Source: Bdellovibrionota bacterium (GTDB taxonomy: Bacteria; Bdellovibrionota_C; UBA2361; CAKMMH01). Taken from it: a stretch of DNA of 64,000 nucleotides. The position numbers were made by a program, and so were the translations under genes. Below are positions 29,581 through 40,274 of the stretch, one piece after another. The stretch is taken from the NCBI GenBank assembly GCA_050952645.1, contig JBMNLI010000017.1, forward strand, positions 128,001-192,000, read 5' to 3'. The first letter of the stretch is position 1. The number at the start of each line of letters is the position of its first letter. The notes beneath the pieces are model-generated. The model was not told where the DNA came from, did no database searches, and saw nothing but the letters and a program-made list of their open reading frames with translations.

Positions 29581-31020
29581 ATGAAAAAAAATAATTTTAT
29601 ATCGTTCATATTTTTAATGTTAGTAGTAGCTATGATTGCCCTGCCAAACTTTACTCCTAATGGGGCGACAAAACTCAATATTAAAAACCAAAAATTCTTA
29701 CCTACTACTTTCCCTTGGTCAGCCGAACGAAATGAGTTATCGCTCGTTAATTGCACCAACTACTCCCCCGATACTTATTCTACTATAAATATTACTTACA
29801 ATGGAGTAAATAGAGGGAAAAACTTAGAAAGAAAAAATTTAGAAAGAAAAAATTTAAAAAGAAAAACGACAGAAGAAATAAGTATAGCACCAAAAGAAAC
29901 GAAAACTTTTTTCACAAATGAATTAGAAAGCTTTAATAAGTTAAATAGTAAAAAAGGAACCATCTCCATAGATAGCAAAACCGATAATGTGTGCTGTTAT
30001 ATAAATTATTATACTTACGATGATAATGATAACATTAACAGTGTTTCATTTTTTACTAATAGCAATATTATCGTAGGAAATTCTTACTTTATAAATAATA
30101 AAAAATTATTTAATAAAAAAATCAAATCTATAAATTTGTATATTCATAATATTTCAAATGAAAATTTTAATGCAAATATTAAATCTTACTCTAAAAATGG
30201 AAGACTAAAAAAAATTTTTGAATTAAAAAATTTAAAACCTAATGAAACTAAAGTGTTTCGCCTAAAAGGTAAAAATAATATTACATACCATATTTTGCCG
30301 AATAAAAATGTCGATAAAAATAGTAAAAAAGTAGAATATATCGCATATATAAAGGTATTTTTTGAAGATGAAACTATTTTAATTAAACCTACAGAAAGTT
30401 TCGATTCGTCAAATATAGAAAGACTAAAGAATACTGTTATTCTCTCAAACACTAGTGAAAAGAAAATAAATGTATCGGCTACTATTTACTCTAATTTTTC
30501 AAAATATTCTACAAAAAATATTTTGCTTAAACCCTACTCACAAAAAACTCTTAATTTTAAAAAAGATATAAAAAACATTAAAAATCCTTATATTAAATTT
30601 ACGGAGCCCTCAAATAGCGTAGTGGCATTTTATAAGTATAAAGGCAAAACTTTTCCTTTCACATCTAAAGAAAGCTTATCTAGCAACGATATTATCCTTG
30701 GCTACAATCTATCATTAGGCGAGAGAGGCACATTAAGTTTAACAAATAGTGAAGATATAGAGGCTAAAGTAAATATTCATATAAATGGAGAACACGTAAA
30801 AAAACTAACCTTATCTCCTTTTTCACAGAGGCTAGTTAAATTAAATAAGCTATTAAATAGAAAAAACTTAATAGGCTACATCTATATTAGTAGCGATAAG
30901 AAAGTTAGTGCTAAACTAAATAACACTATCGGAAAAAAGATATCGTACACACACAAAGGACTAGCTATAAAAGATAGAACATTTAGTGGAATTGAGAAGC
31001 CAGAATATATAATAAAATAA
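29581..31020 (+). CDS. Secreted basic protein with about four internal beta-sandwich-like repeats
   Basis: Signal peptide; recurring LxxxN...IxxxPxET/SQ pattern. Confidence 0.75.
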   Translation: MKKNNFISFIFLMLVVAMIALPNFTPNGATKLNIKNQKFLPTTFPWSAERNELSLVNCTNYSPDTYSTINITYNGVNRGKNLERKNLERKNLKRKTTEEISIAPKETKTFFTNELESFNKLNSKKGTISIDSKTDNVCCYINYYTYDDNDNINSVSFFTNSNIIVGNSYFINNKKLFNKKIKSINLYIHNISNENFNANIKSYSKNGRLKKIFELKNLKPNETKVFRLKGKNNITYHILPNKNVDKNSKKVEYIAYIKVFFEDETILIKPTESFDSSNIERLKNTVILSNTSEKKINVSATIYSNFSKYSTKNILLKPYSQKTLNFKKDIKNIKNPYIKFTEPSNSVVAFYKYKGKTFPFTSKESLSSNDIILGYNLSLGERGTLSLTNSEDIEAKVNIHINGEHVKKLTLSPFSQRLVKLNKLLNRKNLIGYIYISSDKKVSAKLNNTIGKKISYTHKGLAIKDRTFSGIEKPEYIIK

Positions 31021-31156
31021 GATTTTTATATATTCTCTTTCATAAATTCTTTGACTAGCAAACGCACTTTTATAATTATTCTTATAACATTTATAATATA
31101 ATTATCCTAGGTTTAGGATATATTTATTCTAGCACTCTACTTTTATTTTTATTTTT

Positions 31157-32656
31157 TTATTCAATCCTACTTTTACACGGGTCGCTTATATTCCAGCATT
31201 GCCACTGCGAGCCGACTTTACACTTTAAAACTGACGGTCTATAAAATGAGGTGCAAAAAGAGTTTGCTCTCCAATGTTGTCTTAATACGCCAGCATGCGG
31301 ATTAGCAAACCCAGCATTTCGCATACTTTCAGAGCGTGAATTATTCCCTGCTACGACATAACAAATAGATGCTTTCGTGTGTATAGGAAGAAGCGCAACA
31401 GACTTTCCATCACTTTCACTCCTACCTTTCCATAAAAAGCCATTTCCTACCCCTCTAGTAATATCACAAGAAACACGATTTACATTATCATTAGGACTTT
31501 TGTTATTATTATCGTTATTATTATTATTATTGCTAGATGCAGTAATCGTAAAATCATTAATATCTCTAGCAAAGCTTCCTTTTCTTATATTATCGGGAGT
31601 GTTAATTGATAAAATAAACGTGGTATCTTTATTAGTAGTTAAGTTATATTTATATACATTGTCGTCTACTCCCATGTATATAAAACCTACCCCATCTTGA
31701 AAATAACCTCTATTTATCGCAAATTTTCTATCTATTTTCTTTATATTTCTTGGAATAATATATCTAGTCGTTTCGATATTTTTCAAACTTAACTTATTTA
31801 AAAATACTAAAAAAGAATAGTCGTTAGCTTTTCTTACATATCCTATCTCATTTTTCCTATCACCATTTATATCGTGTGCTATTATGCTTCCTTGAACCTT
31901 ATCTCCAAAAGACACGTTTCTTATAAGCACTATAGACCTACTAGTTACTACATCATAGCCCCAAACATTTTTTTGAATTTTCCCATTTAAAAGACCTATG
32001 CCCTTTTTCTTGCCTATAAAATCATCTTTCCCATTTCCAGTAACGTCGGCGCAGTAAACGTGTTTGTAATTAGCTCTTGGAAGTTTTATTTGTCTTTGTT
32101 TCCCATTAAAATCTTTATAATAAAGCGTTTTCCTATCTATATAAGCTAAATCCGTTTTGCCATTTCCATTAAAATCACATCCAGTAAGAACTCTAACTTT
32201 TCCACTACCAAACCTATTCACTTTAGATAGCCTACTATCTTGACTAATACCACTATATTTCCAAACTACAAAATTTTTTTTCTTTCCTACTCCTACTATA
32301 CCAACATCACACTTATTATCACCATCATAATCACCTAGAGCTATTTTTTCGCCTTTAACTTTGCCGAGTGTTAAACTTGCAGTTTGACCATCATCAAGAA
32401 AAAATCCGTGACCAAAATTAACATTATTGCCATTTTTCCCATATAGATGAAAATCTGTGTTGCCATTAGCATTAAAATCGACATTTACTGCATAGGCATC
32501 ATTTAAATTACTAGAAAAAAGTAAGACAAAACTACAAAAAAACATCATCCTTAATGACATCCTAAATGATGTTTTTATTGATGTTTTTGTTAGTTTAAAT
32601 ATATTTGAAAACATACAAAGACCCCATAATTTAAGAAAATAAGACCAATCGATCAC
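31157..32656 (-). CDS. Secreted FG-GAP/VCBS-repeat protein with Cys-rich C-terminal domain (true start probably ATG at 32614)
   Basis: DFNANGNTDF, GDYDGDNKCD, DFNGNGKTDL, DVTGNGKDD, DINGDRKNE; poly-Asn linker; GFLWKGRSESDG domain. Confidence 0.82.
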   Translation of the reverse strand: MIDWSYFLKLWGLCMFSNIFKLTKTSIKTSFRMSLRMMFFCSFVLLFSSNLNDAYAVNVDFNANGNTDFHLYGKNGNNVNFGHGFFLDDGQTASLTLGKVKGEKIALGDYDGDNKCDVGIVGVGKKKNFVVWKYSGISQDSRLSKVNRFGSGKVRVLTGCDFNGNGKTDLAYIDRKTLYYKDFNGKQRQIKLPRANYKHVYCADVTGNGKDDFIGKKKGIGLLNGKIQKNVWGYDVVTSRSIVLIRNVSFGDKVQGSIIAHDINGDRKNEIGYVRKANDYSFLVFLNKLSLKNIETTRYIIPRNIKKIDRKFAINRGYFQDGVGFIYMGVDDNVYKYNLTTNKDTTFILSINTPDNIRKGSFARDINDFTITASSNNNNNNDNNNKSPNDNVNRVSCDITRGVGNGFLWKGRSESDGKSVALLPIHTKASICYVVAGNNSRSESMRNAGFANPHAGVLRQHWRANSFCTSFYRPSVLKCKVGSQWQCWNISDPCKSRIE

Positions 32657-32677
32657 TTGTATATGATATTTTAAATT

Positions 32678-33832
32678 TTAATTCTTCGCAATAGATAATA
32701 TCGGAAAGAACCTTTCTAAATGTTTATATGAAGTAGAAGGAAGTTTTATAAGAGTAGCATCTGATACTATATTTAAAGCATTTTCTTCATCATCTTGAAA
32801 AATAGTATTATTTGAAGATTTGCCTAGTTTTACTACTATATTTTCTAAAACCATTAAAACTATCATATACGGGTCTTTCTTATTTAAACACTCTTTCGAG
32901 CATTCTATAATTTCTACTAAAAGACCTTCATTTTGTTTAAAATCATCTAAGAAGTCCCAAGCAAAAATGCTCTCTAACCTACAATCATCTTCAATATTAC
33001 CTTTAGTGTTTATATCGCCCATTTCACTCTCTATATTATCTATTTCATAATTTATATTACTCTCATTATTTTTATTTTCATTTTTATTTTCATCTCGCAT
33101 TGCACGCCTTTTTGCTTTTAAATTTTTAGCTTCTAATTTTGTAAAAGAATGAATTTCTTTTATAGGAGCGCTTACAGATAGCATTAGCCTTGCATGTCTT
33201 AATAATTCATCTCTAGTTAGTTTTTCATTATATGCCATCTGCGAATAACATTTAGCTTCTTGCAAATCACCTATATTAAAATACAAGTCGGAAAGTCGTC
33301 TATAAGTCTTATACCGATAATCTTTTATATCTTCCTTTCCTTGTAAACTTTCTAGAACTTCATTGTAGATGGAAATAGCATCATCTTTTTTACCAACTAA
33401 ATCTAGCATTCTAGCACTAGCCATTTTAAAATTAATATTTTCGGGATAATTATAATAAAGCTCAGTCATAATAGATAGCGCTTTATCGGTATCACCAAGC
33501 CTTTCTAAAGCTAGTGCTAAATTATATCTAGTTTTTGCATTATCACTAATTTGCAAAGCTCTTTCAAACGATTGAGTAGCTGCTAAGTATCTATTATTTT
33601 TAAAATAATACATCCCCTCTCGAACGTAAGACATAAGCTCAATCTCACGCTCTGAAACTATATCTTGTCTAATCTCTTTTTTATTCGTTATAGCACAAGA
33701 TGAGAAAAAAATTGAAAAGAAAATTAAAAAAAATACACAAAAAAATTTTTTTAAAAAATTAAATTTACTATTAGACATTTCTATTTCTTTACTTATTTTT
33801 CTATTTATTTCTTTATGTATTTCTCTATTCAT
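32678..33832 (-). CDS. TPR-repeat lipoprotein (start may be ATG at 33778)
   Basis: Lipobox FSSC; TPR-like ATQSFERAL and TRYNLALALERLG. Confidence 0.8.
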   Translation of the reverse strand: MNREIHKEINRKISKEIEMSNSKFNFLKKFFCVFFLIFFSIFFSSCAITNKKEIRQDIVSEREIELMSYVREGMYYFKNNRYLAATQSFERALQISDNAKTRYNLALALERLGDTDKALSIMTELYYNYPENINFKMASARMLDLVGKKDDAISIYNEVLESLQGKEDIKDYRYKTYRRLSDLYFNIGDLQEAKCYSQMAYNEKLTRDELLRHARLMLSVSAPIKEIHSFTKLEAKNLKAKRRAMRDENKNENKNNESNINYEIDNIESEMGDINTKGNIEDDCRLESIFAWDFLDDFKQNEGLLVEIIECSKECLNKKDPYMIVLMVLENIVVKLGKSSNNTIFQDDEENALNIVSDATLIKLPSTSYKHLERFFPILSIAKN

Positions 33833-33877
33833 TTTTATTCTTCTTTATATTATTCTTTTATTATTCTTCTTTTATTT

Positions 33878-33981
33878 GGCTCTTCACGTTTTAAGGTAGG
33901 TTTTAGACTTTAAAATTAGTATCACTCACCCCACGAAGCCCAAAAAACAATTTTTCTAACCCACCTAAAACGTGAAGAACC
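33878..33981 (+). mobile_element. MITE-like element, full-length copy 1 (104 bp)
   Basis: Imperfect TIRs ggctcttcacgttttaaggtagg / ccacctaaaacgtgaagaacc; 101 of 103 nt identical to the 57011 copy; flanks ttttattt and tttttttt. Confidence 0.88.
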
Positions 33982-33996
33982 TTTTTTTTTCTAGCT

Positions 33997-34737
33997 TTAC
34001 ATTTTAAGCTTTTTAAAAATACATTCAGGGATAAGCTTTACTATAAGCATTATCAAACCCCAAAAACAAGGCGTATACAAAATATTTTTATTTTTCTTAA
34101 TTGCCTTATAAATAGTTTTACCTACATAATCAGACGATGCAAACAAAAGCCCCTTTTCTAAATGGGCAGTCATCGGAGTAGCAACAAACCCAGGTTTTAC
34201 GGTTAGCACATTTACCCCTTTCGATGAAAGTCTCGCTCTTAAACCACTTAAGAAAATACTAAGAGCCCCCTTGCTAGCACCATAAAAATAATTACTTTGT
34301 CTTCCTCTATCTCCTGCAACGGAAGATACCGCCATAATATTTCCACGTTTTTCTTTTTCAAACTTATTTGCGACTATCGACAGCAGTGATGCTACACTTA
34401 TAAAATTTGTATCGAAAAGTTCTTTTCCTTTAGAAAAATCTTGTTGCATTTCCTTTTGATTGCCTAGCATGCCATAAAAAACTAAAAAATTATCAAAATT
34501 TTCTAATGTTTTATCTGCCTCATCTATCAACGCTTGGTGTAAAGAGATATCACATATATCTTTTAAAACTTTTACATGAACGCTAGTAGCACCATGCACG
34601 GTTAAATCGTTGGCTACTTCGCTAAGTTTTTCCTTATTTCTTCCTACTAATAAAAAAGAATCTTTATCTTTCGCAAAATTTTTAAGCGTCCCTTGCGCTA
34701 TTAAAGATGTAGCTCCTAATACTAAAATTTTTCTCAT
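33997..34737 (-). CDS. SDR oxidoreductase, DprE2-like
   Basis: GATSLIA, SSVAGDRGRQSNYFYGASK, VKPGFVATPMT; adjacent to a DprE1-like gene. Confidence 0.88.
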   Translation of the reverse strand: MRKILVLGATSLIAQGTLKNFAKDKDSFLLVGRNKEKLSEVANDLTVHGATSVHVKVLKDICDISLHQALIDEADKTLENFDNFLVFYGMLGNQKEMQQDFSKGKELFDTNFISVASLLSIVANKFEKEKRGNIMAVSSVAGDRGRQSNYFYGASKGALSIFLSGLRARLSSKGVNVLTVKPGFVATPMTAHLEKGLLFASSDYVGKTIYKAIKKNKNILYTPCFWGLIMLIVKLIPECIFKKLKM

Positions 34738-34823
34738 AATTTATTTAATCTCCCTAAAAACAAGTTAGCTAATTATCCTTGCATTTTATCTTTGTATTTT
34801 ATTATTGCATTTTATTCATGTAT

Positions 34824-36173
34824 TTATTCATGTATTCTTCTCCAAAAACTAGATGAAATTTTTGGATCTACGTATTGCGAAAACTCTTCTACCTTCGGAT
34901 AAAACTGCTTAAAAGAGCTTCCTTTCATAAACGTATCTTTAGATGGATTCATTTTTCCATTATACTTTTTAACTAAATCTTCTAAAGTATGTAATATCTT
35001 TAAAGTTTTATCTCCTAAATTTATAAAGTCTAAACATAAAGTTATCCCTGGGGCTGGAAATGAAAGCATGCCAGGGGACTCTATCTCTCCACATTCCTTT
35101 AGAACTGCTAAAAAAGATGCCGAGCGAGATTCCACTATGGTTTTAAAAACTTCCTTTATAGCCTTATCATCATTATCCCTTGGCACTACACATTGATATT
35201 GATAAAAACCATTTTTACCATAAATTTTATTCCAATCTGCTACCGCATCTAGTGGGTAGAAAAATGGCTCGTAGTGAACCGTCTTTTTAACAAACTTTGG
35301 AAGCTGTTTATTATAATACGCAAAATTAAACGCTCTAACGGTGAAATTACATAACGACCAAGAAGGAAAATTAAATGGGACTATCAAGGGAATTTTTAAA
35401 GGCTCTCTAGGAAGCTCATTTAGAGTTTTTTTACTATGGTTTGCTCTCATATAAATTCCTCTTCCAAAGTTTTTCCCAGTAGCCGTGCAATCTAGCCAAG
35501 AAACGGTATAATCGAACTGTTTTTTTGAGTCCTTATTTATATCAAAGAATTCTTCAAGTCCTGAAAATTTTATGAACTCTCCATCAAAAAAACCACTTTG
35601 CACAGGTAGCAATTGAATATCTGCATAAAGAATGATTCCCGTTAAACCAAGCCCCCCGATAGTAGCTTTATATAAATCTATTTCATTTTCCAAAGATACT
35701 TCGTAAATTTTATTATCAGACCTTAATATGGCAATTTTTTTTACGTAGCAACCAAAAGTTCCAGCTACATGATGATTTTTTCCGTGAACATCATTAGCAA
35801 TCGCACCCCCAACGGTCACGAATTTAGTTCCAGGACTTACTGGCAAAAACCAACCCTTAGGAAGAGCTATCTTCAATATATCGTTAAGTGTAATTCCAGA
35901 GGTGCAACGGATAACCCCAGTTTTTTCATTAAAATTTATAAATCTTCTAAAGTATTCAGTAGAAAGAAGAATTCCGTTTTCATTAAGACAGCTATCTCCA
36001 TAACTTCTCCCTAGCCCTCTTGGGAGAATAGGTTTATCACTAGTAGGAAATTTAGCATCTGCTAGCCACTCTAAATATCTTATCTCTTGGGAAACCTTAG
36101 GAATTCTCCCCCAAGATAAATACTTATCAGAAATTACCCCTTTTGACATACTTTCAGACATACCTTTAAGCAT
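34824..36173 (-). CDS. FAD-linked oxidoreductase, DprE1-like
   Basis: RGLGRSYGD, PGTKFVTVGGAIANDVHGKNHH, FFYPLD, WNKIYG..GFYQYQ. Confidence 0.9.
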   Translation of the reverse strand: MLKGMSESMSKGVISDKYLSWGRIPKVSQEIRYLEWLADAKFPTSDKPILPRGLGRSYGDSCLNENGILLSTEYFRRFINFNEKTGVIRCTSGITLNDILKIALPKGWFLPVSPGTKFVTVGGAIANDVHGKNHHVAGTFGCYVKKIAILRSDNKIYEVSLENEIDLYKATIGGLGLTGIILYADIQLLPVQSGFFDGEFIKFSGLEEFFDINKDSKKQFDYTVSWLDCTATGKNFGRGIYMRANHSKKTLNELPREPLKIPLIVPFNFPSWSLCNFTVRAFNFAYYNKQLPKFVKKTVHYEPFFYPLDAVADWNKIYGKNGFYQYQCVVPRDNDDKAIKEVFKTIVESRSASFLAVLKECGEIESPGMLSFPAPGITLCLDFINLGDKTLKILHTLEDLVKKYNGKMNPSKDTFMKGSSFKQFYPKVEEFSQYVDPKISSSFWRRIHE

Positions 36174-37629
36174 ACTTTGCCACTACAAAAATTATTACTA
36201 CAAAAACTAAAATTATATAACTAGCCTTATCTTTCATGGCAAAAATTATAGGGTCTTGCTCCATTTGTCCTCTATGAGATATAAGCCACACTCTACTAAT
36301 CCAGTAAAGCATAAGTGGACAAAGTCCCCATAGGAAACTTGGCGTTTTATATAATCTTACCGAGACATCACTTTGAATATATAAAGCAAAAATAAGCACT
36401 GCTATATAGCCACTACTAGAGCCGAAAATTTGGATTTGCTCTAAATCTGAGGCTTGATAACCACGCCCCATAATCTTATGTTGTAAATTATTTTTTACTG
36501 CGTAAAGCTCAGCATATCTTTTAGCGCAAGCCAAACTAAAAAACATAAATAGAGAAAACATAGCTAACCAAGGAGATAGAGCGATATTTAAAGCCACTCC
36601 TCCTGCTAAAATTCTAACCGTATATAACAATGATAAAATCAGTATATCTACTAGAACTATTTTTTTAAAGAAGATAGAATAAAGCGTAGTAGTAATAAAA
36701 TATAGAGTTAAAATAAGCAAAAACTCTTTTCCTAAGGAAAGACTAATCACGATGGAAAAAGGAATAAGAAATATCACCGTTTTTAAACCAAGACTTATCG
36801 GAATATCCCCTGAAGCTATGGCTCTATGTTTTTTACTCGGATGCATCCTATCGGCGTTAATATCAAATATATCATTTATGATATACACGCTCGAAGCTAA
36901 AAAGGAAAATGAAAAAAACGCTACTATCGCCTTTAAAACTAAGTCTATATTTAAAAACTTATGAGATAAAATTAGTGGTATAAAAATTAGCAGATTCTTA
37001 ACCCATTGATAGGTGCGAATCATACTTAAGAAACTCGTTATTGAAAACTTTGCACTTTCAGCTATAAATTTAGCATTTTTGTTTTTTAATTTTATTTTAT
37101 TATAAATTTTTTCATTACCTACTATTATAGGCTCTTTAGCTTCATTAAAGATAACGATATCTGCCGTGCTATCTCCAATATATGAAAACTCTTTACTAAA
37201 ATTATTATCTGATAAATAAGATTTAATTTTTTTTAATTTATTTTTTCCCTTTAAGTTTTCTTTTTTATTAGATGCGATAACATCATCAAATAGTCCTAGA
37301 AAACCCGATATAGGCTTAGCTAAATTGTGATTTGAAGCGGTAGCTAAAATAATTCTTATACCCTTTTCTTTCTTAGCTTTTATATAGGCTACTACCTCTT
37401 GATTATATGGTAAAAGCTCTACATTTAACTCTATTAGCAAAGAAAATTTTTCTTTTAAATACGCTTTTCCTTTTAATAGCCAGATAGGAATAAAAAATAT
37501 AGAAAAAAAAGATTTCTTTATAATCGAAATAAGGCATTCATAAAGCAGGTCGCCTTTTATAAGCGTTCCATCTAAGTCTACGAATAAGCATTCTTTTTCT
37601 TTATTTATTTCTTTATTCATTTCTTGCAT
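36166..37629 (-). CDS. HAD-domain / UbiA-family polyprenyl-phosphate phosphoribosyltransferase fusion
   Basis: N-terminal DLDGTL and YIGDS..D (HAD); RTYQWVKNLLIF and YIINDIFD...DRMHPSKKHR.IASG (UbiA/DPPR synthase-like). Confidence 0.9.
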   Translation of the reverse strand: MQEMNKEINKEKECLFVDLDGTLIKGDLLYECLISIIKKSFFSIFFIPIWLLKGKAYLKEKFSLLIELNVELLPYNQEVVAYIKAKKEKGIRIILATASNHNLAKPISGFLGLFDDVIASNKKENLKGKNKLKKIKSYLSDNNFSKEFSYIGDSTADIVIFNEAKEPIIVGNEKIYNKIKLKNKNAKFIAESAKFSITSFLSMIRTYQWVKNLLIFIPLILSHKFLNIDLVLKAIVAFFSFSFLASSVYIINDIFDINADRMHPSKKHRAIASGDIPISLGLKTVIFLIPFSIVISLSLGKEFLLILTLYFITTTLYSIFFKKIVLVDILILSLLYTVRILAGGVALNIALSPWLAMFSLFMFFSLACAKRYAELYAVKNNLQHKIMGRGYQASDLEQIQIFGSSSGYIAVLIFALYIQSDVSVRLYKTPSFLWGLCPLMLYWISRVWLISHRGQMEQDPIIFAMKDKASYIILVFVVIIFVVAKYA

Positions 37630-37678
37630 TTTTTCTTGCCTAAAGAACCTTTGATAAAGATTTAAGTCTTAAAAAATT

Positions 37679-38368
37679 TTAAGAAAATAAATTATACTTT
37701 ATAATGCAATATATCGCTCTAAAGCCATCTTTCCAGCCTATTTTTTTACCCTCTTCGTAAGTTCTACCATGGTATGAGATCCCCACTTCATATATTCTGC
37801 AACCAGTTTTTGCAACTTTAGCTGTAATCTCAGGCTCAAAGCCAAAACGATTTTCCTTTATTTCTATATTTTGTATTATTTCTCTTTTGAAAACTTTATA
37901 GCAAGTTTCCATGTCGGTTAAATTTAAGTCGCTAAACATATTTGAGCAGAGAGTTAAAAATTTATTACCTAGACAATGCCAAAAATATAAAACTCTATGA
38001 GGCATCCCTCCCATAAATCTAGAGCCAAAAACCACGTCTGCTTTTCCACTTTCTATTGGCTCTACTAAATTTGGGTACTCTGCAGGGTCGTATTCTAAAT
38101 CTGCATCTTGCACGACTACCATATCTCCCGTTGCTTCTTTAAAGCCCGTTCTTAAGGCAGCACCTTTTCCCATATTTTTCTCGTGGTAAATAATTTTATC
38201 TACTTTTTTTGAAATTACATCTTTTAATATATCTCTCGTGCCGTCTGTTGAGTAATCATCTACTACTATTATTTCTAAATCTTTTTTAGGAGATGCTTTT
38301 ACTGCATCTACTATTTCTTCAATCGTTGTTTTTTCGTTATAACAAGGAATAATAACACTAAGCTTCAT
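37679..38368 (-). CDS. GT2 glycosyltransferase (polyprenol-phosphate sugar synthase-like)
   Basis: [40 protein letters not shown]. Confidence 0.92.
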   Translation of the reverse strand: MKLSVIIPCYNEKTTIEEIVDAVKASPKKDLEIIVVDDYSTDGTRDILKDVISKKVDKIIYHEKNMGKGAALRTGFKEATGDMVVVQDADLEYDPAEYPNLVEPIESGKADVVFGSRFMGGMPHRVLYFWHCLGNKFLTLCSNMFSDLNLTDMETCYKVFKREIIQNIEIKENRFGFEPEITAKVAKTGCRIYEVGISYHGRTYEEGKKIGWKDGFRAIYCIIKYNLFS

Positions 38369-38554
38369 CTTTAATTACCTTTATAAAAAACTTATAAAAT
38401 AAAATACTTTAACAAAAATACTTTAAGAGTTTACATTGTATGGTTTTTTTTGTAAATAACACAAAATAAATGCTTTAAAAAGTTTAAGATCTATAAGAAA
38501 CATTTTATTAGCTATGCCCTTAGTTATAACAATATTTTATAATCACATTGTTCT

Positions 38555-39991
38555 CTAACTAAAAAATTTAATTTCATCATTTTTATATAAACTAAAAAAT
38601 GCTAGATATGATAATCTTTTCGATTTTAATTCTTCTGCAAGGTATAATAAACTTTCAACGCTTAAAACTCCCCCATTTACTCGAGTTCTGCTCGCAATAT
38701 ATTTTAAATTACTTTTAAATCCACCTTTAAAGAACGAAGACACAAAAAAGTAGTTAAAGTTTTTTACCTTTTCATCAAAATTCTCCCACCATTTATTAGG
38801 ATTAATTTTTTCATCTCTAGTTTTGTTTTCATCTATATAGCGAATCATTTCATCAGCTTGACTAATTGGCAAATTATATCCACTCGCGTAAGCCTTGTTA
38901 TCTATGATTACGCCGTTAGCATTATAAAAAATTATTCCATCTAGCTTTCTATTTCCACCTAATCTTAAGCCCTTAAATTCTAATTCATTTATTAGAAGAT
39001 CCATCGTTTGTATTTCAAAATCTCTGCTTGCTTTTCCATCATAAACGAGGTCTATCAAAGATAAATATCTATGATCTAAATGAATTAATTTTTCTCTTAC
39101 CTTGTCTTTTAATTCTAAAACATTAGTTTTCGATATCTTAGTCCTTGGGATTACCAAATTGATAATAGTATCACAAATGCTATACTTTCCACTTGATTCA
39201 CTAAGAGATAATCCCATAGCTTCAATAACTTTTAATTCATCTTTAATTGTAGCGATGCTTTCATTTATATCATTTTCTTTTAGATAATCCTTAATTTCTT
39301 CTAAAGTTCTTTTTTTATTATTTATCGAAACTATAATATGAGCTCTTCTATTTCTTATATAATCTCGATCTCTTCCCTTTGTCGCAAGCATTTGCTAATA
39401 TACAATTTTATTAAGCCTCTCGGATGAAGACGTCCCTTTTACTCTCTTTAACTCTTTTATCCCATTTAATGTAATTCTAAAAGCATGGCCAATCGTAATC
39501 TTATATTCTCTCTTACCAATTTGTGCAGACACCGCTTTTTCAACCCTTTGAACTAAACCAACTTTAGACAGTCAACCACATATCATCCTAGCATATTTAT
39601 CTGCTGACCCTTCTGTATTAGCTCTTATATTCGCCTTGTCGCTATCGATTGCAGTCGCAACCGCTTGAATAAATAAATCTTGTGGTATAGAAGTAAACCC
39701 AGCTTCCCCTAAACCACCTATCTGCTTACCTAATTCAAATTTTGTCAAGTGGCTATTATTGCTCTCAAGCAATTTAAGGATTCTCACAGCAGATGGATAA
39801 GACAAAAACGCTGTAATCAAAACATTCTTTTCTTCCTTCTCTGTTTTTGAATAAATAAACTTCTTTCCTAGTGAAGTTATAAAAACCTCATCGCTATCCA
39901 TATCGTATTGAAGAAGCCCAATAGAAATAGCCCATCTTAAAAAACCGTCTGCAGTCCAATCATCAGTATATCCTCGTCCTCCCCTAGGCAC
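38555..39991 (-). pseudogene. FokI-family type IIS restriction endonuclease pseudogene
   Basis: One frame with matches to FokI (FLRWA, SYPSAVRIL, HLTKFELGK, EGSADKYARMI, MLAT, DNKAY.SGYNLPISQADEM, INPNKWW); in-frame stops TGA (39572-39574) and TAG (39395-39397); N-terminus missing. Confidence 0.9.
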
Positions 39992-40274
39992 TCTACAACT
40001 TCCTAAAATATCTCACTTTCGGCACATGGCTATAATTAAATGACTATAAATATTACTATAAGTAGCTATAGGTAATGTAAAAACTCTATAAAATTATCTA
40101 TAAAATTAATTGAATAATTACAAATTATAAATAACAATATAGAAAATTATTAAATAAAAAAGAAAAAATCAAAACCCCAAAATCAAGTATAACTATTTGC
40201 ATATTGCAAATCTTAATTTATAATACATTTAAGTTTTTAATGTTCTAAAGGTTATTTATTAAAGGACTAAAATT

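Noticed and set aside
39392..39574. Stop-codon reassignment to Trp, suggested by stops at Trp positions in the FokI-like gene
   Set aside because: TAG and TGA end intact genes here (map and the transposase end in TAG, the response regulator in TGA), and no core gene has internal stops. G-to-A decay of TGG explains both.
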